From positions 22,860 through 86,859 of the forward strand of contig CANQFD010000003.1 in NCBI GenBank assembly GCA_947598325.1: a stretch of DNA of 64,000 nucleotides. Reading direction: 5' to 3'. Position 1 is the stretch's first letter. Every line of letters starts with the position of its first letter. The position numbers and the translations under genes are program-made. This DNA is from an uncultured Bacilli bacterium. GTDB lineage: Bacteria > Bacillota_I > Bacilli_A > RF39 > UBA660. The notes beneath the pieces are model-generated. The model was not told the origin of the DNA, made no database searches, and was given only the letters and a program-made list of their open reading frames with translations. Of this stretch, positions 20,073 through 30,157 are shown in pieces.

Positions 20073-22565
20073 CTACTTTCCACAACAATTTTTGTATTTC
20101 TTTCCACTTCCACAAGGGCACTTTTCATTCCTACCGATTTTAGTTACTCTTTTTGGTTTATTTGAACTATCTTTTGAATCATTTGTTTTTGTTGTTTTAG
20201 TAACCTTTTTTCTTTCTAAGTTTTGTCTTATTTCTGCTTTTAGTAGATATACTGTTGTATCTTTACTAATTTTTTCTAACATTTCATCAAATAATTCAAA
20301 TCCCTCATTTGTATATGCAACAAGAGGATTTGTTTGTGCATAGCTTCTAAGACCAATTCCTTCTTTTAAATGATCCATTGTATTTATATGCTCCATCCAA
20401 TGTGTATCTATAACTCTTAATGCTATTACTTTTTCAAAATCATTAACGATTTCTTCTGGTAAATCTTTTATTTTTTCTTCATATTCTCCTATTATTTTTT
20501 CTTCCAAGATTTTTATAACATCTTCTTTTGATTTATTTATTATTTCTGATAATTTTACACTAGAATTTTTAAGTAAATTTTCATTTACATGTTCACATAT
20601 TTCTGAACAATCAAATTCTAACAATTCATTTTGATCAATCAAATGTGCTGAAATCAAATCATATATATGATTTTTTATTAAGTTTATTATTGAATCATGT
20701 ATTGAATCTCTATCTAATACTTCATTTCTTCTCTGATACATAATTTCTCTTTGTTTTGCCATAACATCATCATATTGAAGAAGAGTTTTTCTTATATCGA
20801 AATTATTACCTTCTACTTTCTTTTGAGCTGTTTCAACATTTTTTGTCATTGTTTTACTTCTAAAATTAATCGTAGTTCCAAGACCTGCTGCTTCAAGTAT
20901 ATTTTTGAATCTATCTGTTCCAAATCTTACCATTAAATCGTCTTCAAAACTTACATAAAATTGTGTATAACCTGGATCTCCTTGACGACCAGAACGACCT
21001 CTTAACTGGTTGTCTATACGTCTTGATTCATGTCTTTCAGTTCCAATAACACATAATCCACCAAGTTCTCTTACTCCTTCACCAAGTTTAATATCTGTTC
21101 CACGACCAGCCATATTAGTTGCAATTGTAACAGAATTAAGTTGCCCTGCTTTTGCTATTATTTCAGCCTCACGAGCATGGTTTTTAGCATTTAAAACCTC
21201 ATGCTTAATTCGTTCTTTTTTTAGTAAATCACTAATTATTTCACTAGTTTCTATTGCAATTGTACCAACTAATATTGGTTGCCCTGTTGAATGTCTTTCT
21301 TTTATTTCTTTAACAATAGCTGCATATTTGTCCTTTTTAGTAGCAAATATTAAATCAGCCATATCTTTTCTTATTACTGGTTTATTTGTTGGAATTTGTA
21401 TTACATACATATTATATATATTTCTAAATTCTTCTTCTTCTGTTTTAGCCGTACCTGTCATACCAGATAATTTTTTATACATTCTAAATAAATTTTGGAA
21501 TGTAATAGTTGCAAGTGTCTTTGTTTCCTCCTGTATTTTAACTCCCTCTTTTGCCTCTATTGCTTGATGTAAACCTTCAGAGAAAGCTCTTCCATGCATA
21601 AGACGACCTGTAAATTGATCTACTATTACAACTTCACCATCTTGAACAACATAATCAACTTCATTTTTCATTGTATAATTAGCTCTTAATGCTTGATTAA
21701 CATGATGAACAATAACTGAGTATTTAATATCATACATATTATCTATTCCATAAAAAGACTCACATTTTTTACTTCCTTCATCTGTTAAACTAATACTATT
21801 AGTTTTTTCATCTATAGTATAATCTTCATTTTCTTTTAATCTTGAAACAAATCTTTGTGCATCCTGATATTGATTATTTGAATGCATCGCACCCCCAGAT
21901 ATTATAAGTGGTGTTCTAGCTTCATCTATAAGCACAGAGTCAACCTCGTCGACTATTGCAAAATTAAGAGGTCTTTGTACTCTATCTTCTTTTTTTATAA
22001 CCATATTATCTCTTAAATAATCAAAACCAATTTCATTATTTGTTGAATATAATATATCTGAATTATATTGTTCTCTTTTTTCTTCAGGAGATAAATCTCT
22101 TGAATTAATGCCTACAGTTAATCCTAAAAATTTAAATATTTGCCCCATCCAATTCGCATCACGACTTGCTAAATATTCATTTACTGTTACTATATGGACT
22201 CCTTCACCAGTAAGCGCATTTAAATATGCTGGCATAACTGAAGTTAAAGTTTTACCTTCACCTGTTTTCATTTCTGCTATATTTCCATAATGTATAGCAA
22301 GAGCTCCCAATATTTGTGTATAATATGGTTTTTCAGAAATAACCCTATTAGCAGCTTCTCTAACCGTAGCAAAAGCATCAATTATTATATCTTCTAATGT
22401 TTTACCATTTTTTAATTCTTCTTTAAATATGTTGGTTTTTTCTTTTAATTGCTCATCTGTTAATTTTTCATATTCATCATTTTTTTCTTCTATTTTATCT
22501 GCCATTTGCATGAACTTTTTTAATTCTTTATATTCAAAATCAAAAAGACTTCTAAATATGTTCAT
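20073..22565 (-). CDS. secA: Preprotein translocase subunit SecA
   Basis: EMKTGEGKT, DEVD, NMAGRGTDI, C-terminal SEC-C CPCGSGKKYKNCC. Confidence 0.99.
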   Translation of the reverse strand: MNIFRSLFDFEYKELKKFMQMADKIEEKNDEYEKLTDEQLKEKTNIFKEELKNGKTLEDIIIDAFATVREAANRVISEKPYYTQILGALAIHYGNIAEMKTGEGKTLTSVMPAYLNALTGEGVHIVTVNEYLASRDANWMGQIFKFLGLTVGINSRDLSPEEKREQYNSDILYSTNNEIGFDYLRDNMVIKKEDRVQRPLNFAIVDEVDSVLIDEARTPLIISGGAMHSNNQYQDAQRFVSRLKENEDYTIDEKTNSISLTDEGSKKCESFYGIDNMYDIKYSVIVHHVNQALRANYTMKNEVDYVVQDGEVVIVDQFTGRLMHGRAFSEGLHQAIEAKEGVKIQEETKTLATITFQNLFRMYKKLSGMTGTAKTEEEEFRNIYNMYVIQIPTNKPVIRKDMADLIFATKKDKYAAIVKEIKERHSTGQPILVGTIAIETSEIISDLLKKERIKHEVLNAKNHAREAEIIAKAGQLNSVTIATNMAGRGTDIKLGEGVRELGGLCVIGTERHESRRIDNQLRGRSGRQGDPGYTQFYVSFEDDLMVRFGTDRFKNILEAAGLGTTINFRSKTMTKNVETAQKKVEGNNFDIRKTLLQYDDVMAKQREIMYQRRNEVLDRDSIHDSIINLIKNHIYDLISAHLIDQNELLEFDCSEICEHVNENLLKNSSVKLSEIINKSKEDVIKILEEKIIGEYEEKIKDLPEEIVNDFEKVIALRVIDTHWMEHINTMDHLKEGIGLRSYAQTNPLVAYTNEGFELFDEMLEKISKDTTVYLLKAEIRQNLERKKVTKTTKTNDSKDSSNKPKRVTKIGRNEKCPCGSGKKYKNCCGK

Positions 22566-22636
22566 ATTATCATCTCCTAATAATAATTATAACAAATTTA
22601 TTTACTATACACAATAAAAGTGCTTATAATAAGCAC

Positions 22637-23293
22637 CTAAATTTTCTGACTTTTTTGATAATTTTTTATTAATCTAACAAGAAGTACTGCTATACATAAA
22701 ATTAATACAGTTAACATTACTATTTGTGAATATGAAATTTTATTTAATCTTTTTGTAAATTGAAAAAGAATTTTTTTTCTATCTGTATTTTGATTAATAG
22801 TCCATGTATAAGTATCTTCACTAATATTATCAGCATTTGAAATTAGAACTTTAAAAGGAGTTTTAATATTTATTTGCAAAAAATTTATATCGCTTTCATT
22901 GCCAATAAGTGATGACTCATTTTGATTTTTAATTTTAACATACTGATCAATATATATATCAACATATTTTTTATTTTTATTATAGCTTATATTATCAATT
23001 AACTGATGATATATTTTACTTTTTAATATATATTCATCTATTGTATTGTATTTTTCTTTATATTCTATAATTATTTCATCTGAAGTTTGTTTAACTTTAT
23101 ATTTATCTCTATCAATTTTATTATCATCAAATATTTTTATAGTCTTATTGTATACATTGTCATTATTATCCAATGATAAATACAAACTTTCATCTATAGA
23201 CAAATCTTTATTAATATTAATATCATAGTTCCCTGAACATCCCGTTAATATAAATATTAAGAATAAAATTAATAATTTTTTTATTTTTTTCAT
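22637..23293 (-). CDS. Putative lipoprotein
   Basis: Lipobox LTGC, ISNAD...YTW motif, C-terminal TM. Confidence 0.75.
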   Translation of the reverse strand: MKKIKKLLILFLIFILTGCSGNYDININKDLSIDESLYLSLDNNDNVYNKTIKIFDDNKIDRDKYKVKQTSDEIIIEYKEKYNTIDEYILKSKIYHQLIDNISYNKNKKYVDIYIDQYVKIKNQNESSLIGNESDINFLQINIKTPFKVLISNADNISEDTYTWTINQNTDRKKILFQFTKRLNKISYSQIVMLTVLILCIAVLLVRLIKNYQKSQKI

Positions 23294-23294
23294 A

Positions 23295-24194
23295 TTATAC
23301 CCTCTTTATTAAATAATAATGTAATGTCTGATTATTAATTGTATTTTGATCCCAATCAGAACCAGTTCTATTAGCTTTTAATACATTTCCATAAGCGTTG
23401 GAAGAACTTGGACATATATAATCATAGTTACTATCATTTGGATCAGCAATTATATATTTACCTTCTAAATTTATATTATATATTACTATGAATGTATCAC
23501 CACATGTTAAATTTGAATCTTCTTTTGCATCTACCTCTGCTATAACAATTCCACCATTTACTATAGCATTACTAACATCAAGACTAGATATTTCAGAAAT
23601 TTCAATTCCTGCATATCTATCTTTTAATGCATTAAATACATCTACTATGTTGACAGACTCACTACAATTGTTTGCTTCATCAGATAAATATAAATCCATT
23701 ATATCTACTGGAGAAATATTACTATCTAATAGAGATGATATTGCCATTGAAACTGATGTTATAGGTGCACCATATTTATTCATATATGAATTTTCATAAA
23801 TACTACATGTTAATTTTTTTGATCCTATTAACTTATTATTTTGATTATAATAATAAAATTTATTACCTTGATATGTTTTATAATAATTATCTGGCTCTAT
23901 TTCATATATATCTTCATAATATTCATTTGAATTATGTGAATTATTATAATTAATGATATCTTTTTTTAACTTCATTCTTTTTATTCCATCTATATTTGAA
24001 TTGTATATGCAACTATTAAGATTAAAAACATTTAAAATAAGTAATGTTAGTAAAAGTACAATTTCAATGATTATAAAGTGTTTCATATTATATTTTTTTC
24101 TATTTAAAAATATTAAAAAAGGAATAATAATAACTATTAGCAACTTTAAAATAAGAAAAATATATAATATTACAACATTATCGCAAAAATTCAT
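23295..24194 (-). CDS. Membrane-anchored C39-like peptidase homologue, probably inactive
   Basis: 2 N-terminal TMs; YYYNQ, YGAPITSVSMAIS, GDTFIVI, YIIADP follow the C39-like pattern without catalytic Cys/His. Confidence 0.65.
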   Translation of the reverse strand: MNFCDNVVILYIFLILKLLIVIIIPFLIFLNRKKYNMKHFIIIEIVLLLTLLILNVFNLNSCIYNSNIDGIKRMKLKKDIINYNNSHNSNEYYEDIYEIEPDNYYKTYQGNKFYYYNQNNKLIGSKKLTCSIYENSYMNKYGAPITSVSMAISSLLDSNISPVDIMDLYLSDEANNCSESVNIVDVFNALKDRYAGIEISEISSLDVSNAIVNGGIVIAEVDAKEDSNLTCGDTFIVIYNINLEGKYIIADPNDSNYDYICPSSSNAYGNVLKANRTGSDWDQNTINNQTLHYYLIKRV

Positions 24195-24206
24195 ATATTA
24201 TTCCTC

Positions 24207-24998
24207 CTAACAACCTATTATCTTTTCATACTTTCCATTAACGTATTTATACATCGCATGACAATCATTTCTAATATCCCCATATCTTGTTTTATTAACT
24301 ATTATTTCATATATATTATCTTCATTATAATCTATAATATTTGTTAAATATATTGCTTTTTCTGATAATTCTTTATTAACATCAACTATAACTTTATCAA
24401 CAATTTTAATATTATTATTTATAACACAAAATATAATTGAAAAGGCTACATCTTTTTCACCTTCAGTATAAAAATTACTAATATTAAATAAATAGTCTTC
24501 ATTTCCATCATTATTAATATCAATAACATTTTTATAAGTAAGCATATTGTTAATAGAAATATCTATAGAATATTTGTTTAAAACATCATTTATATATTGC
24601 TCGTCATATTCTGTTATTGTATCCATCATTTCTAAATTTCCTACTTTTACCTTTTTAGGACCAATTACTGATAAGACATTACTATTCATTTCTATGTTTT
24701 CATAATTTTTGCTATATATTTCTAAACCATCTTTTGTTAAATTTAAATAAGCATTTTCTAATATTTGATTATAGCCATTATAAACGTATGCTTCTTTAAA
24801 TGATAATCTTTTCAATTTATTTAAATTTGATTCCATCCACTTATTATCTTTATATTTCCATACTGTACTATTGCCAATAATCATATATGTTGAATTTTTC
24901 TCTATTATTGATAAATATATAATATAAAATAATATATTTAGTATCGAGAATATGAGCATTAATATTAATATTTTTTTATATTTCATAAATTCACCCAC
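24207..24998 (-). CDS. Membrane-anchored hypothetical protein with DxNxDG-type loops
   Basis: N-terminal TM; IDINNDGNEDY and IDYNEDNIYEI Ca-binding-like motifs. Confidence 0.7.
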   Translation of the reverse strand: MGEFMKYKKILILMLIFSILNILFYIIYLSIIEKNSTYMIIGNSTVWKYKDNKWMESNLNKLKRLSFKEAYVYNGYNQILENAYLNLTKDGLEIYSKNYENIEMNSNVLSVIGPKKVKVGNLEMMDTITEYDEQYINDVLNKYSIDISINNMLTYKNVIDINNDGNEDYLFNISNFYTEGEKDVAFSIIFCVINNNIKIVDKVIVDVNKELSEKAIYLTNIIDYNEDNIYEIIVNKTRYGDIRNDCHAMYKYVNGKYEKIIGC

Positions 24999-26183
24999 TT
25001 ATTGTTTTACTTTAAATAATGCTACTTGGTTTGACCCCGATGCAAAGCATGGATACTTTGATGCTGTTAAATTTGTACTTGTTGATCCTGGATCTGCCAT
25101 AATAATTTTTGAGCCTTCAACACCTATTATTGCAACCCAGTGTTGTCCACAATTTGGACTTTTTACCTCTGCTACGGGATAATAACCTTGCTGTATGTAA
25201 TTTTTTAATTGTCTTGCTTTTGCTGTTATATTTCCTGTAACTGTTCTTTGACCTTTATATTCAAAGTTTGGCGCTATACTTTTCCAGCCAGTCCATGTAA
25301 ATGCTCCACTAGAAGTCAATCCGCCATTCTTTTTTATTGTTGTTATAAATACACCTGGATCATAATTGGCTACAGTTGCAGTATTAGAATTTGCAACTTG
25401 AATAGATACAGATGTTACAAGACATCCTATCGCAGATACTGTTCTTGAACCCATAGGAATTGATTTCCAGTCTCCCTCATATTGTTTCCATGAAAGAAAA
25501 TCTCCTGTGTTTGAAGATGTATATGTTTTTGCATTTGAAGTTTCTGATTTTGGAACATATACAATATTATATTTTGACTTTGCTAATATCGTATTATATT
25601 TACATGAATAAGTATCACCTGATAAAAAGTATCCTGATTCATTATAACCTAAAACAAGGCGTGTTAATATTGGTGCAAAGAATAGAGCTAAAGTTGCAAG
25701 TAGTCTCTTGAAAAATTTGGTTGAAGCTTTTTTTAATGCTTGCTGATCTGATAATATTGTCGCTTTTGAAAAATCTAGTGTGCCAAATAATATTAAAAGT
25801 ATAGGTCCTGCTATATAAAAAACAGTCATTACATTATTGATTAAATTATCTATGGTATCATTAAATATTTTTCCACAATTTTCCTCATTATCTTTTAAAA
25901 TTACATCTACTTTATCCTGTGTATTTTCACAACTAATTTTATGTTCTTTAGCAGTAAACAAATTAGATAAAATTACATTTTTTTGTAAATTTAAATCATT
26001 ACACATATTTACTACTTTACTATCTTCTGTTTTAGTACAATCAATATTTAATAATTTATCTGTAATTTGATAATATTCATCTACATCTTTTTCTATATCT
26101 GCACAGCTTTGTGCAGAAACGTTAATAACGTTGAAAAAAAAGCTTAACAATAAAATTGTAATGATAAAATATATTTTTTTCAT
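24999..26183 (-). CDS. Secreted/membrane protein with pilin-like TM hairpin and C39-like peptidase domain
   Basis: Signal peptide; GPILLILFGTLDFSKA...KFFKRLLATLALFFAP; WKQ, IGCLVTS, QHWVAI, MADPG catalytic set. Confidence 0.75.
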   Translation of the reverse strand: MKKIYFIITILLLSFFFNVINVSAQSCADIEKDVDEYYQITDKLLNIDCTKTEDSKVVNMCNDLNLQKNVILSNLFTAKEHKISCENTQDKVDVILKDNEENCGKIFNDTIDNLINNVMTVFYIAGPILLILFGTLDFSKATILSDQQALKKASTKFFKRLLATLALFFAPILTRLVLGYNESGYFLSGDTYSCKYNTILAKSKYNIVYVPKSETSNAKTYTSSNTGDFLSWKQYEGDWKSIPMGSRTVSAIGCLVTSVSIQVANSNTATVANYDPGVFITTIKKNGGLTSSGAFTWTGWKSIAPNFEYKGQRTVTGNITAKARQLKNYIQQGYYPVAEVKSPNCGQHWVAIIGVEGSKIIMADPGSTSTNLTASKYPCFASGSNQVALFKVKQ

Positions 26184-26256
26184 AATTATATCCTCTTATA
26201 AGATTATATAATATAGTTAAAATATTTACAAGAAAAAAAAGAAAGTAAAATACTTT

Positions 26257-26775
26257 CTATTCAGTTTCAATGACACCATAATTGCCATCTTTTCTTTTAT
26301 ATAAAACACATATATTTCCTGAATTAACATCTTTAAATACAAAGAACGAATGACCTAACATATTCATTTGTAATATTGCTTCTTCTTCATCAATAGGTTT
26401 CAATTCAATATTTTTTCTTTTAACAATTGTTTCTTCTGATTCTTCTTCATCTTGATAGAAATCATCAATAAATGTCTTACTTATCTTTGAATTGATCTTA
26501 TCTTTATTCTTTCTTATTTGTCTTTCTAATTTATCAACTATTATATCAATAGCAGAATATAAATCCTCATGAGTTACTTCATTTCTTAATGTAAAATGCT
26601 TTGTTGGAATAGTAACTTCTATCGTCTGCATTCTTCCATTTAGTTTTGTTGAAACGTATGCCTCAATATCATCTGATTGTTGAAAGTACTTGTCTAACTT
26701 ATTAAGTTTACTTTCAATATAATTCTTTATTGCCTGAGTATTCTCAATTTTTTGACTTCTGATAACATATTTCAA
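26257..26775 (-). CDS. hpf: Ribosome hibernation promoting factor (long HPF)
   Basis: DLYSAIDIIVDKLERQIRKNK, EEAILQMNMLGHSFFVF, YKRKDGNYG; TTG start at 26775 behind AAGGAG. Confidence 0.95.
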   Translation of the reverse strand: MKYVIRSQKIENTQAIKNYIESKLNKLDKYFQQSDDIEAYVSTKLNGRMQTIEVTIPTKHFTLRNEVTHEDLYSAIDIIVDKLERQIRKNKDKINSKISKTFIDDFYQDEEESEETIVKRKNIELKPIDEEEAILQMNMLGHSFFVFKDVNSGNICVLYKRKDGNYGVIETE

Positions 26776-26822
26776 AATTATCATCTCCTTTTTAGAATTA
26801 TAACACATAAAATAAAAAACTA

Positions 26823-27050
26823 CTATACAATAGCAGTTAATTCTTCTTCTTTTATTGCTTTTACATTTGTAGCTTGTAAGCCTTTTTCTGTTTTTATTAA
26901 ATCAAACTCAACAGTTTGACCTTCTGATAAAGTTTTATAACCTTCTTGATTAATTGCAGTATAGTGAACAAAAATATCTTCATCCACTGAACCGTTTATA
27001 AATCCATACCCCTTTTCATTATTAAACCACTTTATTATTCCTTTTGACAT
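26823..27050 (-). CDS. Cold-shock protein
   Basis: GIIKWFNNEKGYGFI, DIFVHYTAI, GLQATNV. Confidence 0.97.
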   Translation of the reverse strand: MSKGIIKWFNNEKGYGFINGSVDEDIFVHYTAINQEGYKTLSEGQTVEFDLIKTEKGLQATNVKAIKEEELTAIV

Positions 27051-27343
27051 TTTTTATTCCTCCTTCTCATGCCTACAATATAAATATACATCCTAAACAT
27101 AACACAATTCAAGAAATTTCAATCCAAAAAAAACGACATATTTTTTTCAGGCATTATTTATAATAACAATATTTTTCAATAAAATATTTTTTTCTAACAA
27201 ATTAGACGTTTTTTTCGTTTTTTTCGATAATTTTAACAAAAAAATTAATAAAATTTTAAATAAATCAAATATTAATATATATTTTTTAAAATTTTAATAT
27301 ATATATAATAATTATGATATTATTAAAATGCAGGGTGATTATT

Positions 27344-27955
27344 TTGAAAAATGCGTTAATTAACAAATGTATGAATTTAATAAGATCTTATAATAAAAAT
27401 TATACAAAGAAACAACTTGATACAATTAAATATGGACTTGAGGGATTATATTTAACTATAACTAAATTAATTATAATTTTTATAGTATCCATTGTGCTTG
27501 GTATATTTAATGAAGTATTATGTTTAATTGTTACTTTTAATATAATTAGACTATTTTCATTTGGTGTACATGCGAAAAAGAGCTCACACTGTATGATTTC
27601 ATCGCTTATATTTTTCATTACATTTCCATTAATATGTAAATATGTTACTATTTCTAAAGAATTAAAAGAGATTTTAGCGATTCCGTTAGTTATATTAATA
27701 GGAATTTATTCCCCTGCTGATACGGAAAAAAGACCATTAAAAGACAAGAAAAAAAGGATAATATATAAAATACTATCTATTATTATAGCTAGCATATTTA
27801 TGATTTTATCCATAAAAATACAAAATAATACTTTATCTAACAATTTTATGTTTGCAGTTATAATTCAGATAATAATTATTTTGCCAATAACTTATAAGAT
27901 TTTTGGTGTCTCTTATAAGAATTATAAAAAATATGAAAATAATAAGGAGGATTAG
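27344..27955 (+). CDS. agrB: Accessory gene regulator B (AIP maturation protease)
   Basis: IKYGLE, IRLFSFGVHA...C, YSPADTEKRP motifs; likely TTG start at 27344. Confidence 0.95.
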   Translation: MKNALINKCMNLIRSYNKNYTKKQLDTIKYGLEGLYLTITKLIIIFIVSIVLGIFNEVLCLIVTFNIIRLFSFGVHAKKSSHCMISSLIFFITFPLICKYVTISKELKEILAIPLVILIGIYSPADTEKRPLKDKKKRIIYKILSIIIASIFMILSIKIQNNTLSNNFMFAVIIQIIIILPITYKIFGVSYKNYKKYENNKED

Positions 27956-27957
27956 AA

Positions 27958-28077
27958 ATGAAAAGCTTTTTAGTTGGTGCTTTAGCAACAATTGGTACTA
28001 TTTTAGGAACAATTGGTACTAGTGCTTGTGTTATAGCTATTTTTGATGAACCAGAAATGCCTGATTCATTACAATAA
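27958..28077 (+). CDS. agrD: Cyclic thiolactone autoinducer precursor AgrD (39 aa)
   Basis: AAGGAGG RBS; MKSFLVGALATIGTILGTIGTSACVIAIFDEPEMPDSLQ; directly after agrB; below ORF-track cutoff. Confidence 0.92.
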   Translation: MKSFLVGALATIGTILGTIGTSACVIAIFDEPEMPDSLQ

Positions 28078-28108
28078 AAACAATAGATTTTAAAAATCTA
28101 TTGTTTTT
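28076..28108. terminator. Bidirectional terminator between agrD and agrC
   Basis: AAAAACAATAGATTTT-A-AAAATCTATTGTTTTT. Confidence 0.85.
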
Positions 28109-29400
28109 TATTTTAGGCTAATCATAACAGTTTGTTTAAATAAATCTTTGCCTATATCATTAAATGTTTCTATTTTTGAATTGTTTTTAGATATATCTTT
28201 TACTATAGATAATCCAAATCCATGCCCTGCACCTTTTGTTGTAAATCCTTTTTTACCTATTTTTTCTATATTTACACTTTTATCATATGTGTTACCTATT
28301 GTTATAATTAAATAATTATCGTCTATCTTCATGTCTATTTCTATCTCTTTTTTATCTGCTTTTGATGATGCTTCTATTGCATTATCTAAAAACACTCCAA
28401 ATAGTTTTGTTATATCTCTATACATTGATACATCAAAGCTTTCTTCAAATACATTTTTTACTTCTTTATCTATATATAAAAATGGTCTAATTCCTAATTC
28501 TTCCATTTTTCCTAATTTGTGATATATTAAACCCTTTATACCTCCATCTGGAAAATAACTTAATTGTTCGACAGTATAATTCTTTCCACCTTTTTGTTCT
28601 TTAATTATAGTTTCTAAATATTCCTTTAATTTTTTCTTATTATCTATATATCCATTTAAAACCATTAGTTGATTATTATACTCATGATTCTTTTTACCTT
28701 GTTCATTTATTATTTTTTCATATTTTGACACATATTCTAACATCATATTATATTCTTTTTCTATATTATCTTTTGTTATCTTATTATAAATAATTATTAC
28801 ACTCATTAATATAACAAATATTATCATTCCTATATTTATATAATAAGATAAATTTTTTTCATACGTAAAATAATTATTTGTTATTAACATTATAATTATT
28901 ATTGTAAATAAACATATATATACTTTCATTTCATAATTATTTAATAATTTTCCTTCGTGCTTTTGTACAAATTTTTGTAATGGTTTTATCTTTGATATTA
29001 GACAATTTACGAAAGTATTAATTACTGAAAATAATAACATTGAATATTCAAAGTTGTTATAATTCTCTGTGGAATATTTAAACAAAAATAACATTATAGC
29101 TGTTAGTATTATTTCAACAGCATAAATTAAAAAAACATATATCAAACTATAATAAATAGACTTCCCTAAATTCTTTTTAAACAAAATAAAATAATTAGTT
29201 AGTATTATAACAATAAGACTAAACATTACTCTTGTAGCAAATGTAAAAAACATAGTATTTATTGTAAGTAATATAGTTGTAATAAATACAAATAACACTA
29301 TTTCTTTCTTTTTAAACCTATTTCCTGTCAAGTTTTTTAATATATATACTATTCCTATTGATGAAATTAATGTACTTAATACTATATTTATCATATTCAT
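28108..29400 (-). CDS. agrC: AgrC-like sensor histidine kinase (GHKL)
   Basis: About 6 TMs, KNHEYNNQL H-box, FLDNAIEAS N-box, GFTTKGAGHGFGL G-box. Confidence 0.9.
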   Translation of the reverse strand: MNMINIVLSTLISSIGIVYILKNLTGNRFKKKEIVLFVFITTILLTINTMFFTFATRVMFSLIVIILTNYFILFKKNLGKSIYYSLIYVFLIYAVEIILTAIMLFLFKYSTENYNNFEYSMLLFSVINTFVNCLISKIKPLQKFVQKHEGKLLNNYEMKVYICLFTIIIIMLITNNYFTYEKNLSYYINIGMIIFVILMSVIIIYNKITKDNIEKEYNMMLEYVSKYEKIINEQGKKNHEYNNQLMVLNGYIDNKKKLKEYLETIIKEQKGGKNYTVEQLSYFPDGGIKGLIYHKLGKMEELGIRPFLYIDKEVKNVFEESFDVSMYRDITKLFGVFLDNAIEASSKADKKEIEIDMKIDDNYLIITIGNTYDKSVNIEKIGKKGFTTKGAGHGFGLSIVKDISKNNSKIETFNDIGKDLFKQTVMISLK

Positions 29401-29424
29401 TCTTTATTTCAACTCCTTATTGTA

Positions 29425-30066
29425 TTATATCAGTTGGTTATTAATAATCTCTGAATCTTTGACTTTATTTATATTTATAAATCTATCTTTTATCTTAACA
29501 AATCTATCATCTAAATCTTTAGTTATTGAAATCATTGGAATACTAACTTCATATTTGTTATCTTCAGTTTTAATTATTGTCTTTCTTTTGTTATTATCAT
29601 ATTTAATATAAAGTATTTCGTTATAATGAATATTATAATGTTTATTTCTAATTTCAATATCTAAAATTTTAGATTCAGGATAAATATCCAATATTGATCG
29701 TATTTCGTTTGATAAACATGCCTCATAATTATCAAATTTTGAAATAAAATTATATATTAATAATTTTGATTTTAGTGTATATGGTAAATATTCAGTATGT
29801 GCGGTTGAAATTATTATAAAACTATCCAAATCATTTTCTCTAATTTTTCTTGATATTTCTATTCCTGATATATTTTTTAACTCTATGTCTAAAATATAAA
29901 TCTTTTTCATATTTTTTTCTTTTATTAGTTTTTTTAAATCGTCATTGTATTCTGTAAATGGATGTATTTTATAATTTATATTATTATTAAACATTGTTTT
30001 GTTTATAATATTAATATTTTTTTGAAGGATTATTTTATTATCTTCACATACAATAAAATTTAGCAT
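29425..30066 (-). CDS. agrA: AgrA-like LytTR response regulator
   Basis: IVCEDN, YILDIE, SGIEISRKIRE receiver; short LytTR domain. Confidence 0.85.
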   Translation of the reverse strand: MLNFIVCEDNKIILQKNINIINKTMFNNNINYKIHPFTEYNDDLKKLIKEKNMKKIYILDIELKNISGIEISRKIRENDLDSFIIISTAHTEYLPYTLKSKLLIYNFISKFDNYEACLSNEIRSILDIYPESKILDIEIRNKHYNIHYNEILYIKYDNNKRKTIIKTEDNKYEVSIPMISITKDLDDRFVKIKDRFININKVKDSEIINNQLI

Positions 30067-30157
30067 TTTTACCCCTCCTAACCAACCATTATCGATTATA
30101 TCACATTATTACCATATTTTGGAAAGTTTTGTCGAATTAGAAAAATAAAAAAGTTAA

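Noticed and set aside
27051-27343. LytTR direct-repeat binding sites upstream of agrB
   Set aside because: Only weak TAACAA repeats at irregular spacing
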